From assembly GCA_938031175.1 (NCBI GenBank), contig CALHGZ010000007.1, positions 2,999 to 66,998 of the forward strand: a stretch of DNA of 64,000 bases, read 5' to 3'. The translations under genes were made by a program, and so were the position numbers. Below, one piece after another: positions 39,826 to 49,904 of this stretch; the stretch's first letter is position 1; every line of letters begins with the position of its first letter. The notes under the pieces were generated by a model, which saw only the letters and a program-made list of their open reading frames with translations, was not told the DNA's origin and made no database searches. This stretch comes from Candidatus Kapaibacterium sp. (lineage in GTDB: Bacteria; Bacteroidota; Ignavibacteria; Kapaibacteriales; UBA2268).

Positions 39826-40764
39826 TTATCTTTCAATTTCAAATAGTGAGCTAATCGAACGATTATCGTGGGTCCTTATTATAGCTTCGGATAAAATTTC
39901 TGAAATTGATACAACTTCTATCTTATCTGAATTTTTCTGTAATGGTATAGTATCAGTTACATATAACTTTTCTAAAGCTTCGCAATTTTCTAATTTTTCG
40001 AAAGCATTTCCAGAAAATACTGGATGAACACAAACACCAAATATTTTATTGGCTCCTTTTTCTTTTAGTGCATTAACTGTTGAGAAAAAAGTTGACCCCG
40101 TATCAATTAAATCATCGACAACAATAACATTTTTATTTTGTACATCCCCAATAACATTTACTACTTCAGCAACATTATGTGACGGTCGTCTTTTATCAAC
40201 GAGAATAAGATTTGCACCAAGTTTTTTAGCATAGGATCTTGCCGTTTTTAAACCTCCAACGTCAGGAGAAGCGACAGAAAGCGAATCTAAGTTCAATTTC
40301 ATTAATCTTTTTATCAAAACCGGTGAGGCATATAAATGGTCGAGTGGTATATCGAAAAATCCCTGAATTTGAGAAGAATGTAAATCTATTGTAATAATTC
40401 TATTAGCACCAGCAACAGCGAGTAGGTTAGCGATTAATTTAGCTGTAATTGATACTCGTGGTTGGTCTTTCCTATCCTGACGGGCGTAACCATAGTATGG
40501 AATTACTGCAGTAACCCTTCTAACAGAAGCACGTTTTGCTGCATCAAGAAGTATCAATAACTCAAGGAGATTGTCAGCAGGTGAAAATGTTGATTGGATT
40601 ACAAACAAATCAACGCCACGAACATTTTCTTCGTATTTTACCCATATTTCACCATCGCTGAAATTTCTAATAGTTGTTTCAGATAATTCAAGCCCTAAAT
40701 TAGCTGCAACTTTTTCTGCCAGAACTCTGTTTGACCTACCCGAAGCAATCTTAAAATCAAGCAT
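39826..40764 (-). CDS. prs: ribose-phosphate pyrophosphokinase
   Basis: FSDGEI, PYYGYARQDRK, DLHSSQIQGFF, VDDLIDTGST. Confidence 0.96.
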   Translation of the reverse strand: MLDFKIASGRSNRVLAEKVAANLGLELSETTIRNFSDGEIWVKYEENVRGVDLFVIQSTFSPADNLLELLILLDAAKRASVRRVTAVIPYYGYARQDRKDQPRVSITAKLIANLLAVAGANRIITIDLHSSQIQGFFDIPLDHLYASPVLIKRLMKLNLDSLSVASPDVGGLKTARSYAKKLGANLILVDKRRPSHNVAEVVNVIGDVQNKNVIVVDDLIDTGSTFFSTVNALKEKGANKIFGVCVHPVFSGNAFEKLENCEALEKLYVTDTIPLQKNSDKIEVVSISEILSEAIIRTHDNRSISSLFEIER

Positions 40765-40795
40765 TGACCAATTAAAGCTATTTTAATAAAAATTG

Positions 40796-40867
40796 CTGGG
40801 GCAGCAGGATTCGAACCTGCGAATGTCGGCTCCAAAGGCCGATGCCTTACCACTTGGCTATGCCCCA
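40796..40867 (-). tRNA. tRNA-Gln(UUG); CCA not encoded
   Basis: minus strand TGGGGCATAGCCAAGTGGTAAGGCATCGGCCTTTGGAGCCGACATTCGCAGGTTCGAATCCTGCTGCCCCAG; anticodon TTG, T-loop GTTCGAATC. Confidence 0.96.
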
Positions 40868-40888
40868 AATTTGTCCCTTTAGAGCTTA

Positions 40889-40920
40889 CAAAATTAACTC
40901 TATTTAGCTTATTTTACAAA
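40889..40920 (-). promoter_or_regulatory. Bacteroidota-type -33/-7 promoter of the tRNA-Gln-prs-rplY operon
   Basis: TTTG-N20-TAATTTTG on the minus strand, about 20 nt before the tRNA 5' end. Confidence 0.65.
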
Positions 40921-40975
40921 TTATTTTGAAAATTTAATTCATTCACAGAAAATTTTAAAACAGTAAATAAAATAA

Positions 40976-41176
40976 TCACTTACGGATCCATCTTCGGATA
41001 ATCATTATTCCATTATCCCATTTTGCATTGATTATATAATTTAATTTTTCTCTTAATTCAGGAGAAATTTTTGACTGCAATTGCTTTATAATTCTTTCTG
41101 CCTTGTATATAGATTCAATCTTCGATTTATCGGTATATACTATACTTTTACTATCTCTGATTATCCATTTTTTCAT
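40976..41176 (-). CDS. small basic hypothetical protein
   Basis: 66-aa ATG-started ORF filling an otherwise empty intergenic gap; no family recognised. Confidence 0.4.
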   Translation of the reverse strand: MKKWIIRDSKSIVYTDKSKIESIYKAERIIKQLQSKISPELREKLNYIINAKWDNGIMIIRRWIRK

Positions 41177-41306
41177 AATTTTTCGATAAAGCGTAAATAA
41201 TAGTAATAACTAATATATAATTATCGTTTATTTTATGTAAATCTTTTTGTAATTTTAAAATATTTATATTTTATAATATAATTGTTAATTAAAGGAGAGA
41301 TTTATA

Positions 41307-44300
41307 ATGAAGATTGCAAGATATGTTTTTTTTATTTATAATTTGATTTTCCTTTTTCTTCTTTCCAATGGAATATTACATAGCCGAGACTATTGGGGCA
41401 AAGTAAAAGCACCCTTTACAGGACATATAACAGCTTTTGCAATAGACCAGGGCAATAGGATATATGCTGCAACATGGGGTGGTGGAATTTATCGTTCCGA
41501 TAATGACGGAGTTACCTGGACTCCATATAATACCGGCTTGAGTAATTTGTATATCAATTGCATTAAAATTACAAACACAGGAAGAATTTTCATTGGTACA
41601 GAAGGCGGTGGGGTATTTTATTCAACAAATGCCGGTAACTCTTGGAACCCTTCTAATGATGGATTGACAAACTTAAATGTTCGTGCTATAAATATCAAAT
41701 CTAATGGTAAAATATTCGCTGGTACCTATGGAAATGGAATTTTTATATCTACTGATGGTGGTTCAACCTGGAAAGCATCAAATACCGGTCTTTTTTATTT
41801 GGATATTCTATCAATTGGCTTTGCAATTACTGTCGATTATGTTCTTGTTGGTACAAACGGTGGTGGTATTTATCGCTCAACAGATGACGGTAAAACTTGG
41901 AAGCTATCAAATGTAGGCTGGGAAGTAGATTTTATTCACAGCTTTGTTTTGAATAGTGTAAACGAACTATATGCTGCCTCTAATGGCGGCGGATTATTGC
42001 ATTCTGTGGATAATGGTTTAAGTTGGGTTGAATTCGATACAAACCGAGTTGATAAAAATATTACTGCTGTTGTACTCAATAGATTTGGTGATCCGGTTGT
42101 CGCTACTCGTTCAAAGGGTATTCTATATTATGAAAGTCAAAACTACGAAAGATGGTTTTCATCTAATATATTTTCTGGTGGGGTAACAGCACTTGCAATA
42201 AATTCAAATGGGCATATATTTGCTGCTGTTCCATTCGAAGGGGTATTTAAAAGTACAAATAACGGAGAAAGATTTGATTATGTAGGATTTAAGTACGAGA
42301 TCGGTGTTAAGCCAATAAAAGCTAGTAAAGTTAGAGGTACTATATTTGCTGTATTTAATGGTACAAGCGGTGCATATCGTTCAACCGATAACGGCAAAAC
42401 TTGGGAAGAAGCTGGCTTAAACGGTGAAAGAATTAATTGCTTTTATTTTGATAGAAATGATAATGTTTATGCCGGTTCGCAAAGAGGAATTTTCTTTTCA
42501 ACAAATAACGGATTGTCTTGGACAAACATTGGTCCTCAGGATTCAATTATTTACACAATTTATGTGCTTCAAAATAATACAATTTTCGCCGGAGGCAATC
42601 ACTTTTACAAATCAACAACCGGAGGTCCCCCCTGGAGTATTACAGATATTAGTGGTGGCGGTACAATCACTTCACTTGCCTTTCACAGAAGCGGATTGTT
42701 ATTTGCAGCTACAAAATATTTCGGTGTTTTCTATTCAAATGATGAAGGGAATACTTGGACTCAATGTCTCAGTCATACAAGGACAGGTATAATCGAATCT
42801 ATGTATATAAATCCTGCTGGGAAAATCTTTGTTGGTTCAAATAATGGGATATTTATGTCATCCGATACCGGTCGTACTTGGACAAGTACAAATCTTAATG
42901 CACAATATCCTCATATTAAAGATATAGAAGGAGATATATCCGGTAAAATATATGCCGGACTAGACTTTGGCGAAGGTTGCTACCATACCACCGATAATGG
43001 AATTGAATGGGATTCAACAAATAATAGTTTCCATACTGCTCGAATTAACAATATAGCATCTAACTCCGCGGGATTTACCTATTTAGGTACTGATATTATA
43101 TATAAATCAATTAATCCAAATAATCTTCCAAAACCTTTATTAGCATCACCAGATGATAAATCTGAAGGTATAGTATTACATCCTATCCTAAATTGGTTAC
43201 CCGCAGAAAAATCTGAACTTTATGAATTGCAATTATCGAGTGAACCTGATTTTACATTTAGAGTAGAATATATTGTTTTAGCTGATACTTTTAGGTTAAT
43301 TGAAAAAGAATTAGACCACTATACAAAATATTATTGGAGAGTAAGAGCAAAAACTCATAGTGCAGTCGGTCCCTGGTCGGATGCACGTTCATTCACAACC
43401 ATAATATCAAAGCCAATTCTAATAAGTCCTGAGAAAGATTCGAAGGGTGTTCCTACCACTGCAAATTTCCTCTGGCACAAAGTAGCAGGTGCGGAAAAAT
43501 ATACTTTGCAAATCGCTAAAACTGATAAATTTGAGGATTTATTTTTAGAGTTAGAAAATATAACAGATACCAGTACAATTATTACCAATATAACCCCACT
43601 AACAAAGTATTACTGGCGAGTCAAAGCCCATCGAGGAGAAACTGTAAGTCAGTGGTCAGCCATTTGGTCATTCGAAACAGTTTTAGCACCACCTGTTTTA
43701 CGCTCGCCCTCGAATAATAGTATGGACTTACCTACAACTGTACTATTCAAATGGGATACATCTAAAACAGCACAAGAATACTTCATACAAATAGCCAAAG
43801 ATTCCGATTTTGTTCAAGTTATATTCTTTGGCAAAACCACAGAAAAGGATAATCATTTATTCACTTTGCTTGAATACAACACAAAGTATTACTGGAGATT
43901 ATATGCTTCAAACCAATGGGGCATAAGCGATTGGACTGAAATATGGAATTTTACAACAGGTATAGCACCACCTACTTTGGTAAGTCCTGAAAATGAATCA
44001 AAATATCTTGATCACAGGCTTTCATTCCGGTGGGAACCTTTCGAAGGAGCAGATAAATACCACATTCAGATTGCAACAGACAAAGACTTCCAAAATATTA
44101 AGTTCCAAGACTCATCAATTACTCAATTCAGCTATGAAGTTTCTAATCTCGAAAGTTTCACTAAATACTATTGGCGTGTCCGTGTAAAAATTGCTAATAG
44201 ATGGGGATTTTTCTCCCTTAGCTGGTCATTAACCACAAACCTTAAAAGTCCAGAATTGATTTCCCCTGATGATAATGCAGATAATCAACCACTAAATCTC

Positions 44301-44804
44301 TACCTTAAATGGTCAAAACCAAATGGAACTGAACGCTTCCATTGTCAAGTGGCTAAGGATGAATTTTTCGAAAACATAATTAGTGACAATGAAAATCTGA
44401 CTAATAATCAGCAAGGACTTGTTAATTTATCGCCGAATACAATTTATTTTTGGAGAGTAAAAGCTAAAAATTCAGAAACTGAAAGTATATGGTCTGAAAT
44501 TAGAAGTTTCAAAACACAAGAGGGTTCCAATGTTAATGAATTATCAATAATTGAAGATCTGAAAATTTATCCTTTGCCTGCTAATGAAATTTTAAATATA
44601 GAAATTAAAACTGCAAATTCATCTGAAATTGAGCTTCAATTATTTGATTTAATGGGAAATCTGCAATATCATGAAAATTCCATTTACACAATAAATCACT
44701 TAAATGTTAAATGGGATATTTCAAGACTTTCATCAGGATTCTATTTTCTGAGAGTAAAAATTAACGAAAATTCTATTCTCAAAAGCATTGTAATAGGAAA
44801 ATAA
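41307..44804 (+). CDS. secreted protein: Asp-box (BNR/YCF48-like) beta-propellers, five Fn3-like repeats, T9SS CTD
   Basis: many S-x-D/N-x-G-x-T/S-W boxes; five P-x-L-x-SP...YYWR repeats; C-term IYPLPA...SSGFYF; SD AAAGGAG. Confidence 0.82.
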   Translation: MKIARYVFFIYNLIFLFLLSNGILHSRDYWGKVKAPFTGHITAFAIDQGNRIYAATWGGGIYRSDNDGVTWTPYNTGLSNLYINCIKITNTGRIFIGTEGGGVFYSTNAGNSWNPSNDGLTNLNVRAINIKSNGKIFAGTYGNGIFISTDGGSTWKASNTGLFYLDILSIGFAITVDYVLVGTNGGGIYRSTDDGKTWKLSNVGWEVDFIHSFVLNSVNELYAASNGGGLLHSVDNGLSWVEFDTNRVDKNITAVVLNRFGDPVVATRSKGILYYESQNYERWFSSNIFSGGVTALAINSNGHIFAAVPFEGVFKSTNNGERFDYVGFKYEIGVKPIKASKVRGTIFAVFNGTSGAYRSTDNGKTWEEAGLNGERINCFYFDRNDNVYAGSQRGIFFSTNNGLSWTNIGPQDSIIYTIYVLQNNTIFAGGNHFYKSTTGGPPWSITDISGGGTITSLAFHRSGLLFAATKYFGVFYSNDEGNTWTQCLSHTRTGIIESMYINPAGKIFVGSNNGIFMSSDTGRTWTSTNLNAQYPHIKDIEGDISGKIYAGLDFGEGCYHTTDNGIEWDSTNNSFHTARINNIASNSAGFTYLGTDIIYKSINPNNLPKPLLASPDDKSEGIVLHPILNWLPAEKSELYELQLSSEPDFTFRVEYIVLADTFRLIEKELDHYTKYYWRVRAKTHSAVGPWSDARSFTTIISKPILISPEKDSKGVPTTANFLWHKVAGAEKYTLQIAKTDKFEDLFLELENITDTSTIITNITPLTKYYWRVKAHRGETVSQWSAIWSFETVLAPPVLRSPSNNSMDLPTTVLFKWDTSKTAQEYFIQIAKDSDFVQVIFFGKTTEKDNHLFTLLEYNTKYYWRLYASNQWGISDWTEIWNFTTGIAPPTLVSPENESKYLDHRLSFRWEPFEGADKYHIQIATDKDFQNIKFQDSSITQFSYEVSNLESFTKYYWRVRVKIANRWGFFSLSWSLTTNLKSPELISPDDNADNQPLNLYLKWSKPNGTERFHCQVAKDEFFENIISDNENLTNNQQGLVNLSPNTIYFWRVKAKNSETESIWSEIRSFKTQEGSNVNELSIIEDLKIYPLPANEILNIEIKTANSSEIELQLFDLMGNLQYHENSIYTINHLNVKWDISRLSSGFYFLRVKINENSILKSIVIGK

Positions 44805-44827
44805 TTTCTTAACTTCAATAAAATAAA

Positions 44828-44864
44828 GCTGGTAAGTAAATTTTATTTACCAGCATTTTTTTTT
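44828..44864 (+). terminator. intrinsic terminator
   Basis: GCTGGTAAGTAAA/TTTATTTACCAGC stem followed by a T run. Confidence 0.75.
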
Positions 44865-45010
44865 GATTTATTAATAAAAGTTAATATGAATTATGAATTT
44901 TTTTATTTATATTATTTTTAATTTTGTTTATCATATTGGAAAATATATTATTTACATAAATATATCAAAATTAATTTTTTAGTTTATCCTAAATTTTGTG
45001 AGGTGCAGAG

Positions 45011-45541
45011 ATGCTACCTAATTTAAAAGAAAAAGTTAAGAATAAGAAGATTTTGGTTTTTTTTATATTCACATTACTTTTCACAATAACTTTACTATTT
45101 TCTAAAAATACTAATTTTGATAGCATATTAGTAAAATCATCTGCTGTAATAAATAATTCTTCAAGTATTTTTGAGATTAAAGAATCAGATTCTGATTATA
45201 CAATACCGCACAAAAAAATATTTGAATATGAGATATCAAGCGACTATGAACTAACTCAAAGTATGAAGAATTATTTTGATAAAATAGTCGAATTTCTCAA
45301 AGATAATCCAGAAGTTAGCGTATTAATATCAGCATACTCTGATGCTGAATCGAATTATGAACAAAAGCTTTTTCGTTCGCATAAGAGAGCTAAATATGCA
45401 GCAGATTATCTAATATCTAAAGGAATAGATGAGAAAAGGATTGCATATTCAGCCAAACCAACACATTCACATGAGAAGGTTACCAAGAAAGACATAATTA
45501 ATAAAAAATTACCAATTATTGAAATTCAATTATTACGATAG
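45011..45541 (+). CDS. OmpA C-terminal-like (peptidoglycan-binding) domain protein with N-terminal anchor
   Basis: ISAYSD...SHKRAKYAADYLISKGIDEKRI. Confidence 0.65.
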   Translation: MLPNLKEKVKNKKILVFFIFTLLFTITLLFSKNTNFDSILVKSSAVINNSSSIFEIKESDSDYTIPHKKIFEYEISSDYELTQSMKNYFDKIVEFLKDNPEVSVLISAYSDAESNYEQKLFRSHKRAKYAADYLISKGIDEKRIAYSAKPTHSHEKVTKKDIINKKLPIIEIQLLR

Positions 45542-45543
45542 AA

Positions 45544-45975
45544 TTACAGATCAAGTTTTTCAATTCTTGTAGTATGTCTGCCCCCTTCAAATTCAGTATT
45601 AAGAAATGTGTAAATTATATCTTTTGCATTTGAAAAATCTATTAATCTACCACCGAGATTTAGAACATTTGCATTATTATGTTGCCGTGCTAATTTTGCA
45701 GTTTCAGCATTCCAGCAATTGACAGCTCTAATTCCTTTAAATCTATTTGCTGCTATAGACATACCAGCACCGCTTCCACAAATTATTATTCCAAAGTCAT
45801 TCTCACCATTCAAAATGCTTTCAGTTGCTTTAAACGCATAATCTGGATAATCAACTGATTTCTCAGAGAACGTTCCATAGTCATTAATTTTATAGTTAGA
45901 AAAAGAGTTTAGCCAATTCTTTATTTGTTCTTTTAACTGAAATCCAGCATGATCTGATGCAATTGCTATTTTCAT
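45544..45975 (-). CDS. rpiB: ribose-5-phosphate isomerase B
   Basis: ASDHAG, VDYPD, CGSGAGMSIAAN, HNNAN, FEGGRH. Confidence 0.96.
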   Translation of the reverse strand: MKIAIASDHAGFQLKEQIKNWLNSFSNYKINDYGTFSEKSVDYPDYAFKATESILNGENDFGIIICGSGAGMSIAANRFKGIRAVNCWNAETAKLARQHNNANVLNLGGRLIDFSNAKDIIYTFLNTEFEGGRHTTRIEKLDL

Positions 45976-45984
45976 TTATTTATT

Positions 45985-46238
45985 ATAAATTTTCCACATT
46001 TTTTTTTAAAATTATCAAAATTTTAAACTCATTAGAAGTTGAAAATTCCTTAAAATAATTCCCAATTATCATTTTTAATCGTTTAGTTAAATTTTTTCCA
46101 AAATATATAAATACATTATCCACAAATTTTAATACGGTCAAGATAAATTTATGATTTCATAACCATTATATAACAAAATAACTTCGAGAAGCATTATTGA
46201 ATTTTCAACATATCAAAAGGGTATAATAATAATAAATA
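45985..46238. other. DnaA-box cluster, candidate replication origin (oriC)
   Basis: TTTTCCACA 45990, TTATCAAAA 46012, TTTTCCAAA 46094, TTATCCACA 46116 and TTTTCAACA 46202 in a very AT-rich 260-bp gap, followed by (TAA)n. Confidence 0.45.
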
Positions 46239-47501
46239 CTAATCAATAAAATCAAATTTACAATATTGTCTCAGCACTTCAGGAACGATTATTTTTCCTT
46301 CAATTGAATCATAATAATTTTCTATGATAGAAACTATAAGTCTAGAAGTAGCTAATCCACTACCATTTAACGTATGAACAAACTCAGGTTTAGAATCAGG
46401 TTTTCTTTTGAATCTTATATTAGCGCGCCGAGCTTGAAAATCCTCGAAATTAGAACAGCTGGAAACTTCCAACCATTTATTTTCACCAGGAGCCCAAATT
46501 TCCAAATCATAGGTTTTGGCACTTGAAAAGCTTGTATCACCAGTACAAAGCAATACAACTCTATAAGGGATATTTAAAGCTTTTAAAATATTCTCAGCAT
46601 CATTAGTAAGTGCCTCTAACTCATCATAAGATTCTTCCGGTTTTGAAATTTTAACTAACTCCACTTTGTAGAATTGATGGACGCGCAAGAATCCATGAAC
46701 ATCTTTGCCGTAACTGCCAGCTTCCCGTCTAAAGCAAGCAGATAAGCCACAAATTTTAATTGGCAAGTCTTCTGCCTTTAAAATATCACCTGCGAAGAAA
46801 TTTGTAAGAGGAACTTCGGCAGTCGGTATTAGATATAAATTATCTTCATTGCAAAGATACATGTCTTCAGCCATTTTAGGTAATTGCCCAGTACCAAGCA
46901 TTGAATTTTCATTAACTAAAAATGGAGGTATAATTTCATAATAATCGTTTTTGATATGAAAGTCAAGCATAAAATTCCACAAAGCTCGTTCCAGAGCAGC
47001 TCCTTTTCCTTTGTAGTATGCAAAACCTGAACCAGAAACTTTAGCTGCTCGTTCAAAATCAAGTATTCCAAATTGAGAAGCGATATCAATATGATTTGTA
47101 TCGATAGGTGGTTTAGGCTTTCCCCATTCTCTAATTATTAAATTATCTTCAGCTTTTGTTCCGATGGGAACAGTTTCGTGAGTTAAATTAGGTATGCGAA
47201 GCAATATGTAATCCAACTCATTTTCAGTCTTTCTTAATTCATCGTCAAGTTCTTTTATTCTATCAGAAACTTGCTTCATTGCGAAAATTTTGTCGTCGGC
47301 ATTCAATTTTTTCTTCTTTAACTCAGCAATTTCTTTAGATACTATATTTCGTTGATTTTTTAGGAGGTCGGATTCTTGAATAATAATTCTTCTTTTTTCA
47401 TCCAAAGCAAGCAAATCATCAATATTTATTTCTGAATTTTTGTTTATTGCGTTTTGCTTTACTTTTTCAGGATTTTCTCTGATGAATTTTAAGTCTAACA
47501 T
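46239..47501 (-). CDS. serS: serine--tRNA ligase
   Basis: MLDLKFIRENP, LIPTAEVP, FRREAG, EVSSCSN, HTLNGSGLA. Confidence 0.97.
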   Translation of the reverse strand: MLDLKFIRENPEKVKQNAINKNSEINIDDLLALDEKRRIIIQESDLLKNQRNIVSKEIAELKKKKLNADDKIFAMKQVSDRIKELDDELRKTENELDYILLRIPNLTHETVPIGTKAEDNLIIREWGKPKPPIDTNHIDIASQFGILDFERAAKVSGSGFAYYKGKGAALERALWNFMLDFHIKNDYYEIIPPFLVNENSMLGTGQLPKMAEDMYLCNEDNLYLIPTAEVPLTNFFAGDILKAEDLPIKICGLSACFRREAGSYGKDVHGFLRVHQFYKVELVKISKPEESYDELEALTNDAENILKALNIPYRVVLLCTGDTSFSSAKTYDLEIWAPGENKWLEVSSCSNFEDFQARRANIRFKRKPDSKPEFVHTLNGSGLATSRLIVSIIENYYDSIEGKIIVPEVLRQYCKFDFID

Positions 47502-47567
47502 ATAACTTCTCTTTAAAGGAATAATTTTGCAAAAATAATGAATATTTAAAGAATAGATATTTTAAGA

Positions 47568-47921
47568 TTAAAAATTTTGTTTCTTAACTTTTCTCGGTAG
47601 GATTTTGGGTTCGATATTTGAATCCCAGATATGGAATACAGCGAGGATAGGATGCTTTTTTATCATACGTGGACCGGCGTAACGCATAATATTTCTTATT
47701 TTTTCTCTTTTTTCACGGGAATAACAATGAACAGTGCATTTATTACACACAGGTTTTTCATGAGCGAAATAACAATTATCCAAGCGTTGGTATGCGTAGT
47801 CTCTAAGTTCAGTGCAATCGGTGCATAGAGAATCATTTTTATGATTATCTTTGCAATATAAATTTATCATCGCATTAACAGTTTTTTTCTCTCGTGCTAT
47901 TCTATTAAATAAATGTAGCAT
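47568..47921 (-). CDS. YgbA (nitrous oxide-stimulated promoter) family protein
   Basis: REKKTVNAMINLYC..H...C..C...RLDNC...KPVCNKCTVHCY...MRYAGPRM..HP. Confidence 0.85.
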   Translation of the reverse strand: MLHLFNRIAREKKTVNAMINLYCKDNHKNDSLCTDCTELRDYAYQRLDNCYFAHEKPVCNKCTVHCYSREKREKIRNIMRYAGPRMIKKHPILAVFHIWDSNIEPKILPRKVKKQNF

Positions 47922-48087
47922 CGCTTTTAAAGACTTTATTTTAATTTATATTTGACGAGTTATAGACATTTGAATTGCTGTTTAAAACGTCTTTATGTTA
48001 AATATCATGAAATTCATAATTTCAGAAGTAAATTGTTAATCAATTAATAATTGACTAATTTTGTAATCATTAAATTCACAATATGAT

Positions 48088-49890
48088 ATGGATAATATTA
48101 GAAATTTCTGTATAATAGCTCATATAGATCATGGTAAATCAACACTTGCAGATAGATTGCTCGAACTGACAGGTCGAGTTACAGAACGAGAAATGACAAC
48201 AAATCAGATTTTAGACGATAATCCACTTGAGCAGGAACGAGGAATTACTATAAAATTACACGCTGTGCAAATGGATTATAAAGCTAAAGATGGGAAAGAA
48301 TATATTTTAAATTTAATCGATACCCCTGGGCACGTTGATTTTTCCTATGAAGTGTCCCGTTCTCTTGCTGCTTGTGAAGGAGCTTTATTGATTGTAGATG
48401 CTACACAAGGAATAGAAGCACAAACAATTAGTAATCTTTATATGGCAATAGATGCTGATTTAGAGATTATACCGATAATAAACAAGATAGATTTGCCGAG
48501 TGCAGCGACAACTTTGGAAGATGTAAAACATCAAATAATAGATTTGATTGGCTGTAAAGAAGAAGAAATTTTATTAGTTTCTGCAAAAATGGGTATCGGT
48601 GTAGAGGAAGTACTAGAAGCTGTTGTTGAAAAGATACCGCCTCCCAAAGGAGATCCAACTCAGCCATTGAGAGCATTGATTTATGACTCTTTATTCGATC
48701 CATATAAAGGTGTAGTTGTAAATGTGCGTATTTTCGACGGAGTTTTAAAAGAAAAAGATAGAATTATATTTATGTCAACTAATCAAGTTTACGAAGTGGA
48801 GGAAGTCGGTGTATTGCAAATGAAACGTGTTCGAAAAGGAGAGTTGTCAGCTGGTTACGTAGGATATTTTACAGCGAATATACGTAATTTACATGACACA
48901 AAAGTAGGAGATACCGTAACACATGAGAAGAATCAATGTAAAGAGCCGATAGAAGGCTTTAAACTTGTCAAACCGATGGTATTTAGCGGTATTTATCCGG
49001 CAGATGCAGATGATTTTGAAGATTTGCGTGATGCTTTGGCAAAATTATCTTTAAATGATTCATCAATATCCTTTGAACCAGAAACTTCAAAGGCACTTGG
49101 ATTTGGATTTAGATGCGGATTTTTAGGGTTACTCCATCTCGAAATTGTACAAGAGCGATTGGAAAGAGAATTTAATCAAACAATTGTTACAACTGTACCA
49201 AACGTACGTTATAAAATATTGCTTACTGATAACTCTGAATTGTTTATTGAGAGTCCTTCTCAACTGCCACCCTTAACGAAAATAAAGGATTTTATGGAGC
49301 CATTTATAAAGGCTCAGATTATAACTCCAGCTGAATATATTGGAAGTATAATGAAATTATGTATGGATAGACGTGGAGTTTTAACAAATACAACATATCT
49401 TTCCCCAACAAGAGCAGATTTACAATTTGATTTACCCTTATCGGAAGTAATTTTTGATTTTTACGATAAATTAAAATCAATTTCTAGAGGATACGCATCT
49501 TTAGATTATGAATTTGATGATTATAGGCCATCTGATCTAGTCAAGCTAGATATTCTGCTAAATTCAGAACCTGTTGACGCTTTGTCATCAATTGTCCACA
49601 GACAAAAAGCTTATGAATGGGGCAAAAAATTATGTTCAAAATTAAAAGAGCTAATACCACGACAGATGTTTGAAGTGGTTATACAAGCAGCTATCGGATC
49701 GAAAATTATAGCAAGAACAAATGTAAAACCCCTCAGGAAAAATGTTACAGCTAAGTGCTATGGCGGTGACATTACAAGAAAAAGAAAATTATTAGAAAAA
49801 CAAAAAGAAGGCAAAAAGAGAATGAAACAAATTGGTAGCGTCGAAATTCCTCAGGAAGCCTTTCTTGCTGTTTTAAGTATTGAAAATTAA
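48088..49890 (+). CDS. lepA: translation elongation factor 4
   Basis: [40 protein letters not shown]. Confidence 0.98.
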   Translation: MDNIRNFCIIAHIDHGKSTLADRLLELTGRVTEREMTTNQILDDNPLEQERGITIKLHAVQMDYKAKDGKEYILNLIDTPGHVDFSYEVSRSLAACEGALLIVDATQGIEAQTISNLYMAIDADLEIIPIINKIDLPSAATTLEDVKHQIIDLIGCKEEEILLVSAKMGIGVEEVLEAVVEKIPPPKGDPTQPLRALIYDSLFDPYKGVVVNVRIFDGVLKEKDRIIFMSTNQVYEVEEVGVLQMKRVRKGELSAGYVGYFTANIRNLHDTKVGDTVTHEKNQCKEPIEGFKLVKPMVFSGIYPADADDFEDLRDALAKLSLNDSSISFEPETSKALGFGFRCGFLGLLHLEIVQERLEREFNQTIVTTVPNVRYKILLTDNSELFIESPSQLPPLTKIKDFMEPFIKAQIITPAEYIGSIMKLCMDRRGVLTNTTYLSPTRADLQFDLPLSEVIFDFYDKLKSISRGYASLDYEFDDYRPSDLVKLDILLNSEPVDALSSIVHRQKAYEWGKKLCSKLKELIPRQMFEVVIQAAIGSKIIARTNVKPLRKNVTAKCYGGDITRKRKLLEKQKEGKKRMKQIGSVEIPQEAFLAVLSIEN

Positions 49891-49904
49891 CTCAGGAAAA
49901 ACTA

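Noticed and set aside
41307..44804. Internal repeats in the 1165-aa gene as a DGR target or nucleotide repeat array
   Set aside because: The repeats are degenerate protein-level Asp-box/Fn3 units; no near-identical TR/VR pair or reverse transcriptase is present in the window.
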